Positions 11,505-23,224 of a stretch of 42,915 nt of DNA are shown here, piece by piece. The notes below the pieces were generated by a model. The model did not search any database, had not been told where the DNA came from, and saw nothing but the letters and a program-made list of their open reading frames with translations. The translations under genes and the position numbers were made by a program. Origin of the DNA: Chiloscyllium plagiosum (Eukaryota); assembly GCF_004010195.1 (NCBI RefSeq), contig NC_057759.1, forward strand, positions 4,268,301 through 4,311,215. Direction: 5' to 3'. Position 1 is the stretch's first letter. Each line of letters begins with the position of its first letter.

Positions 11505-11840
11505 AAGCTGCAATATGACATCCTGACATTTGTGCTCAATGCCCCAACCAATAAGGCAAGCATGCCAGACACCTTCTTCTAGATACCACCCTATCTACTT
11601 GCATGGCCACTTTCCGGGAGCTAGAGACTTGAACCCCAAGATCCTTCTGTACATCAATGACTTTCAGAGTCCAGCCATTTCAAGTATACCATTCCTTAAA
11701 ATTTGATCTCCCAAAGTTCAGTATCTTACATTTTGCCAGATTAAACTCAATCTGCCATATTTTCAGGCCATATCCTGCTGTATCCTTTGACAAGCTTCTA
11801 CACTACCCACAAGTCCACCAATCTTTATATCGTCTGCATT
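11505..11840 (-). mobile_element. CR1 RT fragment
   Basis: Reverse complement of CR1 RT motifs (gatcttggggttcaagt, gcatgcttgccttattggt). A related piece lies at ~10470-10585. Confidence 0.7.
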
Positions 11841-12446
11841 TGGTAACAATAATTTTAATGTTACAATCAAGGTGACAAATAGCTGATATGATTACTTTGG
11901 GCAACCATATGTAAAATAGATACTGAGTACAAATTTATATTGAAGGAAACATTACAGCTCTCGGGAATTCAGAGCAACAGAATTAATCTTTTGTTTTATA
12001 TATATAGAGACGGCAATCAAATAATATGAATTCCATATGCACATTCCCTATCAAAGCCTGACATAGAATGATTAGTGTGTAAGTACGTAACCAAATGTTG
12101 CCCCCCTCCCTCCCGCAACACAAACACACACACTGTCTCTATCTCTCTCTCTCTCTGATTTACGATGAGTTTCAAAACATACACCATCCTGACACCCGTT
12201 ACAATGTCTAAGTGCCTTGCAGTTCCATTCACATTGCAAGTGACAGAAAATGTTACACTCAAAATGATTTCTACCCACAGATTCTTTGTCAGAGAAGGGG
12301 AGGCCGACAGCACAGATTCAGGCCCTTCAAAAGATTTGAGTTTTCACTGACCAGAAATAACCAGCTAACAATTTTCATCCTGAGCAGCTAACATCCATTT
12401 GCATAAATGTATCATGGTAGCAGAGGAGCTGCCATCCCCATCATGT

Positions 12447-12683
12447 GGGTGGCATAGTGGTTAGCACTGCTGCCTCACAGAGCCAGAGACCTGCGTTCAA
12501 TTCCCGCCTCAGGCAACTGTGTGGAGTTTGCACATTTTCCCTGTGTTTGTGTGGGTTTCCCCCAGGTGCTCTGGTTTCCTCCCACAGTCCAAAACTGTGG
12601 GCCTAGGTGGATTGCTCTTTGGAGGGTCGGTATGGACTTGTTGGGCCGAAGGGCCAGTTTCCACACTGTAAGTAATCTAATCT
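12447..12683 (+). mobile_element. HE1 V-SINE (shortened)
   Basis: tRNA head, V core, TAATC tail. Confidence 0.9.
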
Positions 12684-12767
12684 TTATCACAACGACATTC
12701 TCCATTTCTTCATATTGTGGTAGAAGACTTTGTTTTGTCTGCTTCAGTCCAACCAGAAACCTTTTTA

Positions 12768-13566
12768 AAGATAAATATGTCCTATTTTCAAAATTAGTTG
12801 CAATTATCTACAAAGTGTTCTGCATTCCTCCTCCCCCTACCGAGGATGTATCCCAAAAAAGCGTGAAATCTGACTGCAATTTTCACAATGCCTCAAAGGA
12901 ATCTAATAACCACCCTTCAAAGCAGTGGAGAAAGGGGGGAAAAAAGCCAAAATTGGCAGGTTTGTAGAACTGCTTATTTCATCTTCAAGCAGAGTTGCAC
13001 AGTGTTGATTATTCCATAAGTTGAATTTGACAGTTTGCATATTCTGCAAGGCATGACAAAAAATAAAAGTCCTTTTCTTTTCCTCCTCCCTACTATAGAG
13101 TAACACAAGAGTACTGCTAATGGTACATCATCACACTACAGAGCCGGGTCTACATCAGAAAATAGAAGTGAATTAGTCAGTTGACTTTTCAGTACAAGGA
13201 ACATCATGGTCAGTCAGCTCCAATGTAGTTGAATGGTTTGTCACTTAGTTGCAAATGGATTCAGTTTACATTGATTGTTAGTTCAGCAGTGTTCAGAAAA
13301 GTACATCACTATGCACTGAAACAAAAACTAATGACATTCTGAAGATAAATATGTCCTATTTTCAAAATTAGTTGCAATTATCTACAAAGTGTTCTGCATT
13401 CCTCCTCCCCCTCCCGAGGATGTATCCCAAAAAAGCGTGAAATCTGACTGCAATTTTCACAATGCCTCAAAGGAATCTAATAACCACCCTTCAAAGCAGT
13501 GGAGAAAGGGGGGAAAAACGCCAAAATTGGCAGGTTTGTAGAACTGCTTATTTCATCTTCAAGCAG
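12768..13566 (+). repeat. 225-bp direct duplication (12768-12992 and 13342-13566)
   Basis: Two mismatches by eye, offset 574 bp. Confidence 0.92.
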
Positions 13567-14729
13567 TTCAAACATTTTATATCATTACTGCCTGTTAGAT
13601 TCTGCACGATACAAGATTCCTCCCTTGACTCTGAAGAACAGCACAGCATCCTCTATGTTGCAGTGTTACACTTTCACTTGCACGTAATTCCTACAGGCAC
13701 TACCAATTGAAGAACTACAATTGTAGTGAATGTTTCCCATTCACTACAGGAGACATGAACTGAGATACAGACTGGCAGCACAATAGTAAACTCACTTCAT
13801 TTCAGCATCCAGTGGCTGAGAGCAAAAGAATAAAATTTGGCCTCAATTATTTCCAGATATTAATTGACTCTCAACATCGTTTATCACAGCTGAGCATAGA
13901 CAGTGCCCAGCAGCACCTGATAAAGGCATGCACACACAGGCAAGCACACACAATGTATCAATAATCTGAGAGTGAAATGCAATGCAAATAAGCATAACTG
14001 AAAAGTTTATTTACAGAGTTTATACTACACTCAGACACAAACACACACTGAACATAAGTGAATCAGATCCAGTAAATGTCCAATGAACCCTCTCCAGAGC
14101 ATGAGGGTCCTCCCTTAAAAAAAGGGCCCAGAACTGAACACAAATGTGATCTGACCAATGATGTGTGATTGAGATTGTGGGAAAAATATCAAAACTAGCA
14201 CTATAGTTATTAAAAGTCAGATGACAGCAGAACTGATATCAAATTGTCCTTTCCATTTAGACGCTGACAATGAGTCGATGAAGTTCACATTCCCAACAAT
14301 TACTGCAGAACTGATGTATAAGAGAATTTCCCAGTAGAGGCATAATAGGCTGAATGGTCTGCTTCTGAGCTGTAGCATATCAGTGATTCTGATTTTGATG
14401 AGAAAGGAAAGGACATGCTGCTGTGTTACAATTGGTAAGAAAAATATCAAACAGAAATGGACTGACATGCAGAATAAAGCTCTTCCATAATATAAAAAAC
14501 ACCAATAATGTCTGGAGACAAATTGAACTTCAATGTCTCAGTGATACACAGATCGTAGACTCTCTACCCCAAACAGGAAATGTGGCCATAATTCAGAATG
14601 GATATCAAAATTAAGGAGTTTCCCTTCCGCCATCACCCTTTCTCATCGCTCCCCCACCCACCTCCACAGACTGACAGTCAACTCAGAAATCACAAAATGC
14701 AGAAAAGATTAAGACCCAGTCTCAACTCC

Positions 14730-15390
14730 CTCATAACAACTATCACAGAATGTATCACACAGACACAGAGAGTATTACTGGCTTCCACTTCGATATACAA
14801 GAGTAGAACTTGACAAGTACATGCTAATAACTACACACTCATTCATTTCACAGAAACAGACAAACGAATTATGACAACAGTTACTGTGATGCAAATTTGC
14901 GACTAACAGTCTCCATCGGTCAGTTTCTGTTAACTTAAGTCACATATTCGCATTGCAGTAACTGTCGGGGACAGATTAATAACTACACTCTCATTCACAA
15001 AGATAAAAGTGACAGAAACAGAATGATAACTACACTCCCAGTTTCACACAGCATACAAGTACAGTCTGATAACAACACTCTCATATTCACAGAATCACAA
15101 AGGTTACATATTGGTCCCTTCACATTCACCAAGCAGGATCTGACAGGTAGAAATCGATATTTAAATGCACAATTGACAAGGCAGAGATTGAGAGGCATAG
15201 ATTGGTAACTGCATTCACATATTGATAGAGGAGAAACTGACAAGTACAGATTAATATCGACAGTTTCAATTCACAGAGCAGGAACAGACTGGTAAATACA
15301 CTCACATTCACATCAGGGAAACTGACAGGAGAGATTGATAGTTACATGTACATAGAAGAAATGACGAGTACACATTGATAACTACATTGG
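14730..15390 (+). repeat. Degenerate ~45-48 bp tandem satellite
   Basis: Recurrent agaaactgacaagtacagattgataactacactctcatattcac. Confidence 0.8.
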
Positions 15391-15459
15391 TTATATAAGT
15401 GATTAGGTGTTGGATGTTGAAAGCATAATCTTGAAATTGCAACTGATACTAACCCAGGG

Positions 15460-16230
15460 AGATGAGTGATTGGGGGGATGATGCTGTGTGACTTCACAGG
15501 GGGATTGACAAGTTGGCCAAATGGACAGAAACCTGGCAGATTAATTCCAATGCAGAGAAATGGGAGGTAATGCATTTTCCTAACAGAAACACAGAGCAAC
15601 AATGCAATGTCAATGGTACATCTTTGAGGGAAGCACTGGAGCAGAGGGACCTTGGGGTTCAAGTGTATCATTCGCTGAAGTTGGCTAGGCAAGCTGAAAC
15701 CTTTGTGAAGAAGGCTAATAGGATTCTTGCCGTTATAAATAGAGGCATTGAGTACAAAACTAAGGAAGTGATGCTACACGTCCACAAATCATTGGTCAGA
15801 CCACATTTGTGTTCAGTTCTGGACACTTTATTTAAGGAAGGAACTTCACGCTCTGGAGAGTGTTCATTAAAGATTTATGAGAATGAAGGATTTTACAAAA
15901 AGGAAGGATTAGTGACACCAGGCTCCTCCTCCTCAGAGCAGAGAAGATTAAGAGAGGAGCATTATGGAGGTGTTCCAAATTATAAAGAATTTTGTCAGAG
16001 GAAAGAAGAATATTTTGTTACCATTAGTTGGTATGTGAGTAACTAGGCATCACAATTTCAAGATTGTAAGCAAGAGAGCGAGGAGTGAGATGAGGAGAAA
16101 TGTCTTTACTCAGAGTTGTTAGGATTTTGGATTGTGCAGCCTGGGATCGTGGTGGAGGTAGATTCCATATGAGGTATGAAAAGAGATTTGGGTGTGTATT
16201 AACAGTGATGAAGTTAGAGGACAACGAAGA
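15460..16230 (+). mobile_element. CR1 LINE ORF2 3' portion
   Basis: WTETWQINSNAEKWEVMHF...RDLGVQV...KSLVRPHL. Confidence 0.85.
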
Positions 16231-16592
16231 TAGGGCTGGAAAACAAGTTATTTCTACCACAATTTCAACAAAAGGTGGAGAATACATTCAATTCATTGGC
16301 TCGTCTGCCTGGATCCACTTGCCAGGAAATCAAATGGATGCTAAAGTTAAGAATGAACAGCATAAAACTTCAAATCTCTGCCATCAATACGTAGATTGTG
16401 CTACAATGAGATAAATTGACACATTGAGGGTTGGGAGAGACACAATTATTCAGATGGTTTCTCAAGACAAGTCCATCTTTGGAACTAACATCTTGCTGAG
16501 TGAATTGAGACAAAGCCTATCCTAGTCTCAGAAACGTGTCATTTCTATGCCTTCTCTTCTTTGTCCTCTTTATTTGCTGGAAGGTAGGATTG

Positions 16593-16766
16593 TTATGTTC
16601 GATTTTGAAGCTTCACAGGCTTTCTTCTGTGCTGTCTCAATGTCCGTGGAAGGCTGGTATAAGCATTTCCCTCTTCCTCTTAACCTGATCCCTCATCCCC
16701 TCCTGTATCTATGTGTCTCAGGGCTGCATATGTGGTGCAGGATGGTTGCTGCTCCACTTGGTCAAC
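16593..16766 (-). pseudogene. Terminal cytoplasmic exon with tyrosine motifs (ITIM/ITSM-like)
   Basis: Acceptor ttttttgtcAG. VDQVEQQPSC-TTYAAL-RHIDTGGDEGSG*EEEG-NAYTSL-PRTLRQHRRKPVKLQNRT*. Minus-strand AATAAA at 16569-16574. Same strand as, and downstream of, the two Ig exons. Confidence 0.62.
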
Positions 16767-16809
16767 CTGACAAAAAATGCCAACATAGAAATTTAGTAGA
16801 TAGGAGCAG

Positions 16810-17692
16810 GATCAAAATTGGTGGCATTGTGGACACAGAAGGTTATCTAAGAGTAAAATGGAAATTTGATCAACTGGGCCACTGGGTCAAGGAATGGCAG
16901 AAGAAGTTTAATTTAGATAAATATGATGTGTTGCATTTTAGTAAGGCAAACCAGGGCACGAGTTATACTGTTAATAGTACAAGTCTGGGCAGTGTTTCCG
17001 AACAAAAAGACCTCAGGGTGCAGGTGGATAGTTCCTTGAATGTGCATTGCAGCTCGATACTGTGGTGAAGGCGGCTTTTGGCATGCTTGCTTTCCCTGGT
17101 CAGAGCACTGACGACAGGAGTTGGGGCATCATGTTTCAATTGTACAGGATTTAGTGAGGCCACTTTTAGAATGCTGGGCACAGTTCTGGTCAACTTGCTG
17201 TGGAAAGGATGTTCTTAAGCTAGAATGGTACAGAAAAGATTTACAAAGATGTGGCTACATTACAGGGTTTGAGTTTTAAGAAAAAGCTGCATAAGCTGGG
17301 AGCTCTTCTCCCCTGGAACGTCAGAGGCTTAGGGCTGACCTTATAGAGGCTATAAAATCACGAGGGGCAGGGAAAAGGTAAATAGGTATGGTCTTTTCCC
17401 CAAGGTAGGTGTGTTCAAAACTAGTCGGCATAGGTTTAAGGTGAGAAGTGAAAGTTTCAAAAGGGATCTGAGAGGCAAACGTATCACACAGAGGGCAGTG
17501 CGTACATGGAATGAGCTGCCAGAAGAAGTGGTAGAGGCAGGTACAGTTACAACACTTGAAAGACATTTGGAAAGAAACCTTCAGAGAGATATGCGCCAAA
17601 TGCAGATAAACGGCACTAGTTGTATTTGGGAAAACTGGTCGCCATGGGTGGGTTGGGCTGAAGGTCCTGTTTCTGTGCCGTATGATTCTATG
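16810..17692 (+). mobile_element. HER1/CR1 LINE 3' end with UTR
   Basis: KIGGIVD...WQKKFNLDK...KDLRVQV; QRAVRTWNELPEEVVEA; 3' UTR. Confidence 0.9.
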
Positions 17693-17904
17693 AAAATGGA
17701 TGAGAATAACAAAGTTTGCCTGAAAGACAATCGGAGTGCACAGGAGGAGCTATGAATATCTGGGGTCATTATACAGACCAATTTCTCTTGGCAAATCACA
17801 TGATTTGAACAAGCAAAAACCTGACCCTGATATTGGTTATTTCTCTGTATTCTGAACAGGATGTGGCCATTTCTGCCAAGGTGGAAAGTGAATGCTATAC
17901 CAAA

Positions 17905-18165
17905 ATGGCTGGTTAGCAAAGTTAGATCTCACGGAATACAGGGAGAGGGCATAGGTTTAGTGTGAGAGGGAAAAGATATAAAAGAGACCTGACGGGCAAC
18001 TTTTACACAGAGGGTGGTACGTGTATGGAATGAGCTGCCAGAGGAAGTGGAGGCTGGTACAATAGCAACATTTAAAAGGCATCTGGCAGTAGTTTGGATT
18101 GGGATATCTGGTCGGCATGGGTGGGTTGGACTGAAGGGTCTGTTTCCATGTGTACATCTCTATGA
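17905..18165 (+). mobile_element. CR1 fragment with large internal deletion
   Basis: RT-core sequence (ggttagcaaagttagatctcacggaatacagggagag) joined directly to the C-terminal gggcataggttt...tggaatgagctgcc. Confidence 0.8.
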
Positions 18166-18269
18166 ATAAATAGACTTACTCAGCTAGAAGGCAGTGAAGA
18201 GTTTGCACAGGAATCAAGTGCAGAGCAGACTAAGAAGGGCAGATTTCATTCCCTGAAGAACCAACACAG

Positions 18270-18500
18270 ACAGGAACACGAGAAGGCCATTTGGCCCCTC
18301 GAGCCTGCTCAGCCATTCAATAGCATCATGGCTGATGCACCATTCCTCACGGTCACCTTCCTGCACTTAACATGTCATCCTCAATTCCCAAACTGATCAA
18401 GAATCAAACCTGCTCCCTGTCCCCACACACAGCTCTCTGTGGCAAGGAGTTCCAAAGACTCTCAACAGTCCGAGAAGAAATCCTCCTCACCTCAGTTTTC
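18270..18500 (-). mobile_element. CR1 3' end of another subfamily
   Basis: ggccatttggcccctcgagcctgctcagccattcaata and ggagttccaaagactc. Confidence 0.7.
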
Positions 18501-18744
18501 AATTTTGAACCGATTAAAACTTAACTGCCCTCTTTTTCACTCCAAAATAACTTATGTGTTTCCTTCCTGATGTATGATTTGAGTAAGCAGTAAATAAAAG
18601 AAAAGACATTTTCCCAATGGTGCACATCGAACTGAACTGGGAGAGGATGCACAGGGAGACGTATTACATATAGCCTCGGGCGATGGAGAGTTTCAGTGAT
18701 CGAGAGAGATTGGACAGACCGGGGTTGTTGTCCTTACAGCAAAG

Positions 18745-19061
18745 TAGATTAGATTAGATTTCCTACAGTGTGGAAATAGGCCCTTCGGCCCAACAAGTCT
18801 ACACCCACCCTCCGAAGAGTAACCCACCCAAACCCATTTCCCTCTGACTAATTCACCTAACACTATGGGCAATTTAGCATGGCCAATTCACCTGACCTGC
18901 ACATCTTTGGAATGTGGGAGGGAACCGGAGCACCCGGAGGAAACCCACGCAGACACTGGGAGCATGTGCAAACTCCACTCTGACAGTCGCCCAAGGCTTG
19001 AATCAAATCTGGGACCTGGTGCTGTGAGGCAGCAGTGCTAACCACTGAGCCACCATGCCAC
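18745..19061 (-). mobile_element. HE1 V-SINE
   Basis: Near full length with (TTAGA)n tail. Confidence 0.92.
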
Positions 19062-19168
19062 TTATTGTTTTTTGATTATAGATGACTCCGAAACAGATAG
19101 CAGGTTAGTGTACTTAGTTTTCACCATCTCAAAGCCAAGAAACGCTGGTACAGGATACTATATATATA

Positions 19169-19481
19169 TTAGATTACTTACAGTGTGGAAACAGGCCCTT
19201 CGGCCCAACAAGTCCACACCGCCCCGCCGAAGCGCAACCCACCCATACCCCTACCCCTACATTTACCCCTTACCTAACACTACGGGTAATTTAGCATGCC
19301 CAGTTCACCTGACCTGCACATCTTTGGACTGTGGGAGGAAACCGAAGCACCCGGAGGAAACCCACGCAGACACGGGAAGAACGTGCAAACTCCACACAGT
19401 CAGTCACCTGAGGCGGGAATTGAACCCGGGGCTCTGCCGCTGTGAGGCAGCAGTGCTAACCACTGTACCACCGTGGCGCCC
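19169..19481 (-). mobile_element. HE1 V-SINE (young subfamily)
   Basis: Near full length with CpGs retained. Confidence 0.93.
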
Positions 19482-19899
19482 ACAAACTTCTATATATACT
19501 TCTATAACATTTCTGGTTCAGTGAAAGTGGAGATTTTCTCAAATTCATATCAACCTTCAAAACTCCCGCCACTTTTGAACAGCACATCAAGTGAAGGTCT
19601 GTTTCCTGTACCCTGTTGCCCTGACTCCCTGCCAATACCCGTCCAATTGGAGGGAAACCCTTGCGTCTGCGAAATTCGCTCCAAACTCTCACCATCGCAG
19701 TCACATCACTGTTTCTGTGCAGCTTCTCATTAACAACATCCTACCAATCCTACCTAGACTATTTGATGCCGAAGTCAAAAGTGCATCCACATTCTAAATT
19801 ATTGACTGGAAATTATTGCCCCTCATTTTCCCTGCCTACATATATCGAGGCAAAACTTCCTTGTGTCATCCACCCGTCAGCAGCAACTGGGCCATTCAC

Positions 19900-20430
19900 A
19901 GAGAAACATCGAAAATATCATCATGAGGAGGCCAGTCGGCCCTTCCAGCCTGCTCCATCCATTCAATGGGATCGTGGCTGATCACCTAACTTCGTCCTGT
20001 GCCTCCCCGCACTCTCCTTTAGTCCCTGAGAACTCAATCCTGAACAGAGAATTCCACAGGCTCCCCACTCTCTGGGTAAAGACATTTCTCCCCATTTTAG
20101 TCTTGTTGCGTCTCCTTCAGACAGTGACCCCCTGGTTCTTGATTCTCCGTTTGGTCACTGGGTACACTTGGTCTTTGTGTTTACTCTGTCTCGTCCTTGT
20201 TCAGATTTCTATGAGACTTCACCTTAATTCCTCTCAACTCCAGTGACTATCATCCTGACTGATCGCATCTGTCTCCAGTCTTGCTATCCCAGGAATCCTT
20301 TGCAGCACTGCCTCCACAGGCACAATGTCCTTCCTCAGATAAGGAGACCCCAAACTGCACACCTTGGTCTCACCCTGTCCAATTGTAGCAAGCCATCCCT
20401 GCTCCTGGACTTGAATCGTCTCACTGTGAA
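19900..20430 (-). mobile_element. CR1 3' portion, old
   Basis: agaattccacagg...ctctctggg and gacccaaactgcacac motifs. Confidence 0.7.
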
Positions 20431-20654
20431 GGTCTCCCTTATTGGAGCAAGGATGTTACACTCTCTCTCTGCTACCAGACCTGCTGAGTTTTTCCAGCGC
20501 TTTGTGTTTATAACCTGCAACATTAATTCTGTCTCTCTCTCTCTCTCTCTCCACGGATGCTGCCAGACCTGTTGAGTGTCTGAGGCAATTTTTTTAGAGT
20601 ATTCATATCAAGTCTTCGGCTGCACCCCAGTGAAGAATAAGCATGGATCATTAC

Positions 20655-20957
20655 CTGGCACTGTGAGGTCGATGGAATTACTGGTCACGTTAAATATCAT
20701 TCCAATGGGACCCTTGTTGATCACGACACACTGTTATTGGTGTTGGTGCTGGGACTGGAAGGATTCAATGACCACCTCTGTCCTGTCTGAGCTAGAGTTG
20801 TAATTCCTGCTGGCATTGTTTAAGGCTTTCTGTTGAAAGTACCATTGTAAGTAGTGTCTAGTACCTCGGCTCAGTGCACACTCTGGAACAAGACAACGCC
20901 CAATCAGAATCTTCATTTTATTGGCTCTGGGGGTGAGGAAAACCCCAGCAACAGGAA
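20655..20957 (-). pseudogene. Second Ig exon of the same receptor, 303 nt, one in-frame stop
   Basis: Acceptor tcttgttttcttccAG and donor GTAATG, phase 1/1. PVAGVFLTPRANKMKILIGRCLVPECALSRGTRHYLQWYFQQKALNNASRNYNSSSDRTEVVIESFQSQHQHQ*QCVVINKGPIGMIFNVTSNSIDLTVP retains B-strand C, C-strand W and F-strand C. Confidence 0.8.
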
Positions 20958-21188
20958 CTGGAAGAAAACAAGACAAAGAGGAAATAAAAGATTGGACGCT
21001 GAAATTGTCTCCTTTTTCACAGATGTTATCTTCGATGACAAGATAATAACAGATGGAAAGTAATAAAACAAGCAAGATTTCTCATAATTGCAAAGTCTCC
21101 CTATGTTGTAAAATCTACATTTCAAAAGATTTGTATTAACAATGGATGGCCAAATCATTCAACCATTGCCTCTCAATGTTCAATGGTA

Positions 21189-21513
21189 TTACCATCACTG
21201 TCCCCACCCCACTGCACTATCAACATCCTGGGGGTTACCGTCACTGTCCCCACACTCTTCCCACTATCAACATCCTGGGCGTGACCATCACTGTCCCCAT
21301 CCCCACTATCAACATCCTAGGGGTTACCGTCACTGTCCCCACCCCTCTATCAACATCGTGAGGGTTGCAGTCACTGTCCCCATCCCCACTATCAACATCC
21401 TGAAGGTTAACGTTACTGCCTCCACACTCTTCCCACTATCAACATCCTGAGGGTTACCATCACTGCCCCCATCCCCATTGTCAACATCATGGGGGTTACC
21501 GTCACTGTGCCCA
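21189..21513. repeat. Minisatellite, ~8 units of ~39-45 bp
   Basis: Unit ccactatcaacatcctgggggttaccgtcactgtccccac. Confidence 0.92.
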
Positions 21514-21729
21514 CATAAACACCCTACCCCACATAAACATCTTTGGTGTTACCATCAGCCTCCATCAGTTCATATTGTCTAACCTTCTACCTTTCTCTGA
21601 TGGATTGCTTAACAAGGAATTGTAGAGTCAGAGGTCTACAGCACAGGAACAGGATCTTTGGCCGACTGAATCCAGTCAAAAATGCCAGTCAAAAGCAACC
21701 AACTCTATTCTCTGATAACATTTTCCCAG

Positions 21730-22480
21730 TCATAGGGTCATACAGCATGCAAATAGACCCGTCGGCCCAACACATCCATGCTGACCAGGCCACACTCACA
21801 AAACTAGTCCCATTTGTTTGCATTTGGCCTATATCCACCTAAACCTCTCCTAACCATGTATCTTTCCAAATCTATTTTAGGTGTTGTTATTGTACGCACT
21901 CCCACCACTTCCTCTGGCAGCTCATTCCAAATATGCACCACCATCCGTGTGAAGAAGTTACCCCTCTGGTCGCTTTTAAATCTTTCCCCTCTCACCTTAG
22001 TCTTGGACTGCCCTGCCCTGCAGAAAAGAACTTGGCTATTCATCTTACCCAAGCTCGTATTTCTGCAGGAAAATACGAGTGAAACGTCAAGGACCACTTA
22101 ATATGACTCTAGCCTGACATCGCAAGTGCACATATAAATTCTTCTTCAATGTGATGAGGATTTCTGCCTCTCTCACTCGTACAGGGTGAAAATGTTTTCC
22201 CTCACATCCCCCTGGAAACCTCCTGGCCCTTACCTTCAATCTATGCCCCTCCCCCAGTCATTGGTCGCTCCATCAAGGGGGATTTCTTCCTGTCTACCCT
22301 ATCTACACCCATTATTTTATACATTTCAATCATGTCACGACACTCAATCTCCTCTGCTCTCAGGAAAACAACCACAGTCTATCCAATCTCTCTCTATCAC
22401 TGAAACTCTCCAGCATGCAAAGTAACATCCCTCTGCACGCTGCCCCAATGCTGTTACATTGCTCCGATAATTTGGATTTG
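21730..22480 (-). mobile_element. CR1 3' fragments (two adjacent pieces)
   Basis: FFTRMVVHIWNELPEEVV ORF plus UTR; second piece ~22100-22480. Confidence 0.8.
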
Positions 22481-22503
22481 TACAGAGTTGCTTACAAACT
22501 TAC

Positions 22504-22777
22504 TGATCACTGAAACGGCGAGGAATTTGCTGTTCAGGAGAGATTCTTCCTCCTGGTTAGAAACAGCACAGTGCTAATTGCCCTCTTGACTTTTGCTGAT
22601 GTTGATGATTCTGTGTACGGTTCTGCTGTGGTTGGAGTATTCCCAGTAAATCTCCTCATCGTCTTTCTGGAAAATATACTGAATTGAGGTTGAACTAAGC
22701 GGTTTAAAGGGGTGCTGTCTCCCTCCACTACCTCATTTCCACGTGAGCATTCAGCTCTAGGACTGACACAGGGATGT
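22504..22777 (-). pseudogene. Disabled Ig C2-type exon of an FCRL/PECAM-like receptor
   Basis: Acceptor ttaatcacAG and donor GTAAGT, phase 1/1. Conceptual translation across two frameshifts: IPVSVLELNA / RGNEVVEGDSTPLN(R for C)LVQ / SIQYIFQKDDEEIYWEYSNHSRTVHRIINISKSQEGN*HCAVSNQEEESLLNSKFLAVSVI. Confidence 0.78.
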
Positions 22778-23103
22778 CTGTGATTAAACCAAACTGTTAG
22801 ACACTTTTCTAAGGCAGGATTTGTGCTCAGCAATGAACAGTGCTCCCACACTACAGTCAGAGAGAGTTACAGGGTCACTGAGAGAGTCAGAGAGAGACAG
22901 AGGGTCTCAGAAAGGCAGGAAGAAACATAGAACATAGAACACTGCACAGCTGCAACATGACTTCCAAACACCTATACTCAATGCTCTGACCAATAAATCA
23001 AAGCATACCAAACACTTTCGTTATCCTATCTACCAGCTTCTGCACTTGCAAGAAACTATAAACCTGCACTCCAAGGTCTCTTTGCAACAGCTCGCATTAA
23101 ATT

Positions 23104-23170
23104 ATCCATCTGCCAAGCCTCAAACCATCAGTACATCCATCTGCCAAGCCTCAAACCATCAGTACATCCA
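23104..23170. repeat. 31-bp tandem duplication
   Basis: atccatctgccaagcctcaaaccatcagtac x2. Confidence 0.9.
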
Positions 23171-23224
23171 ACCAATTCTAATTTATATCAAAGTTTCTTT
23201 CCTCTCTCATTTGAATACATACAT

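Noticed and set aside
17774..17881. Plus-strand DIGYFSV ITIM-like hexamer
   Set aside because: Short motif expected by chance, followed by a stop, with weak splice context.
19575..19830. Plus-strand LFPVP...RPIGGKPLRL...GNYC resembling an FCRL Ig domain
   Set aside because: Needs several frameshifts, lacks the first Cys and lacks convincing splice sites.
21189..21513. Regularly spaced repeats resembling a CRISPR array
   Set aside because: Eukaryotic minisatellite with no unique spacers and no cas genes.
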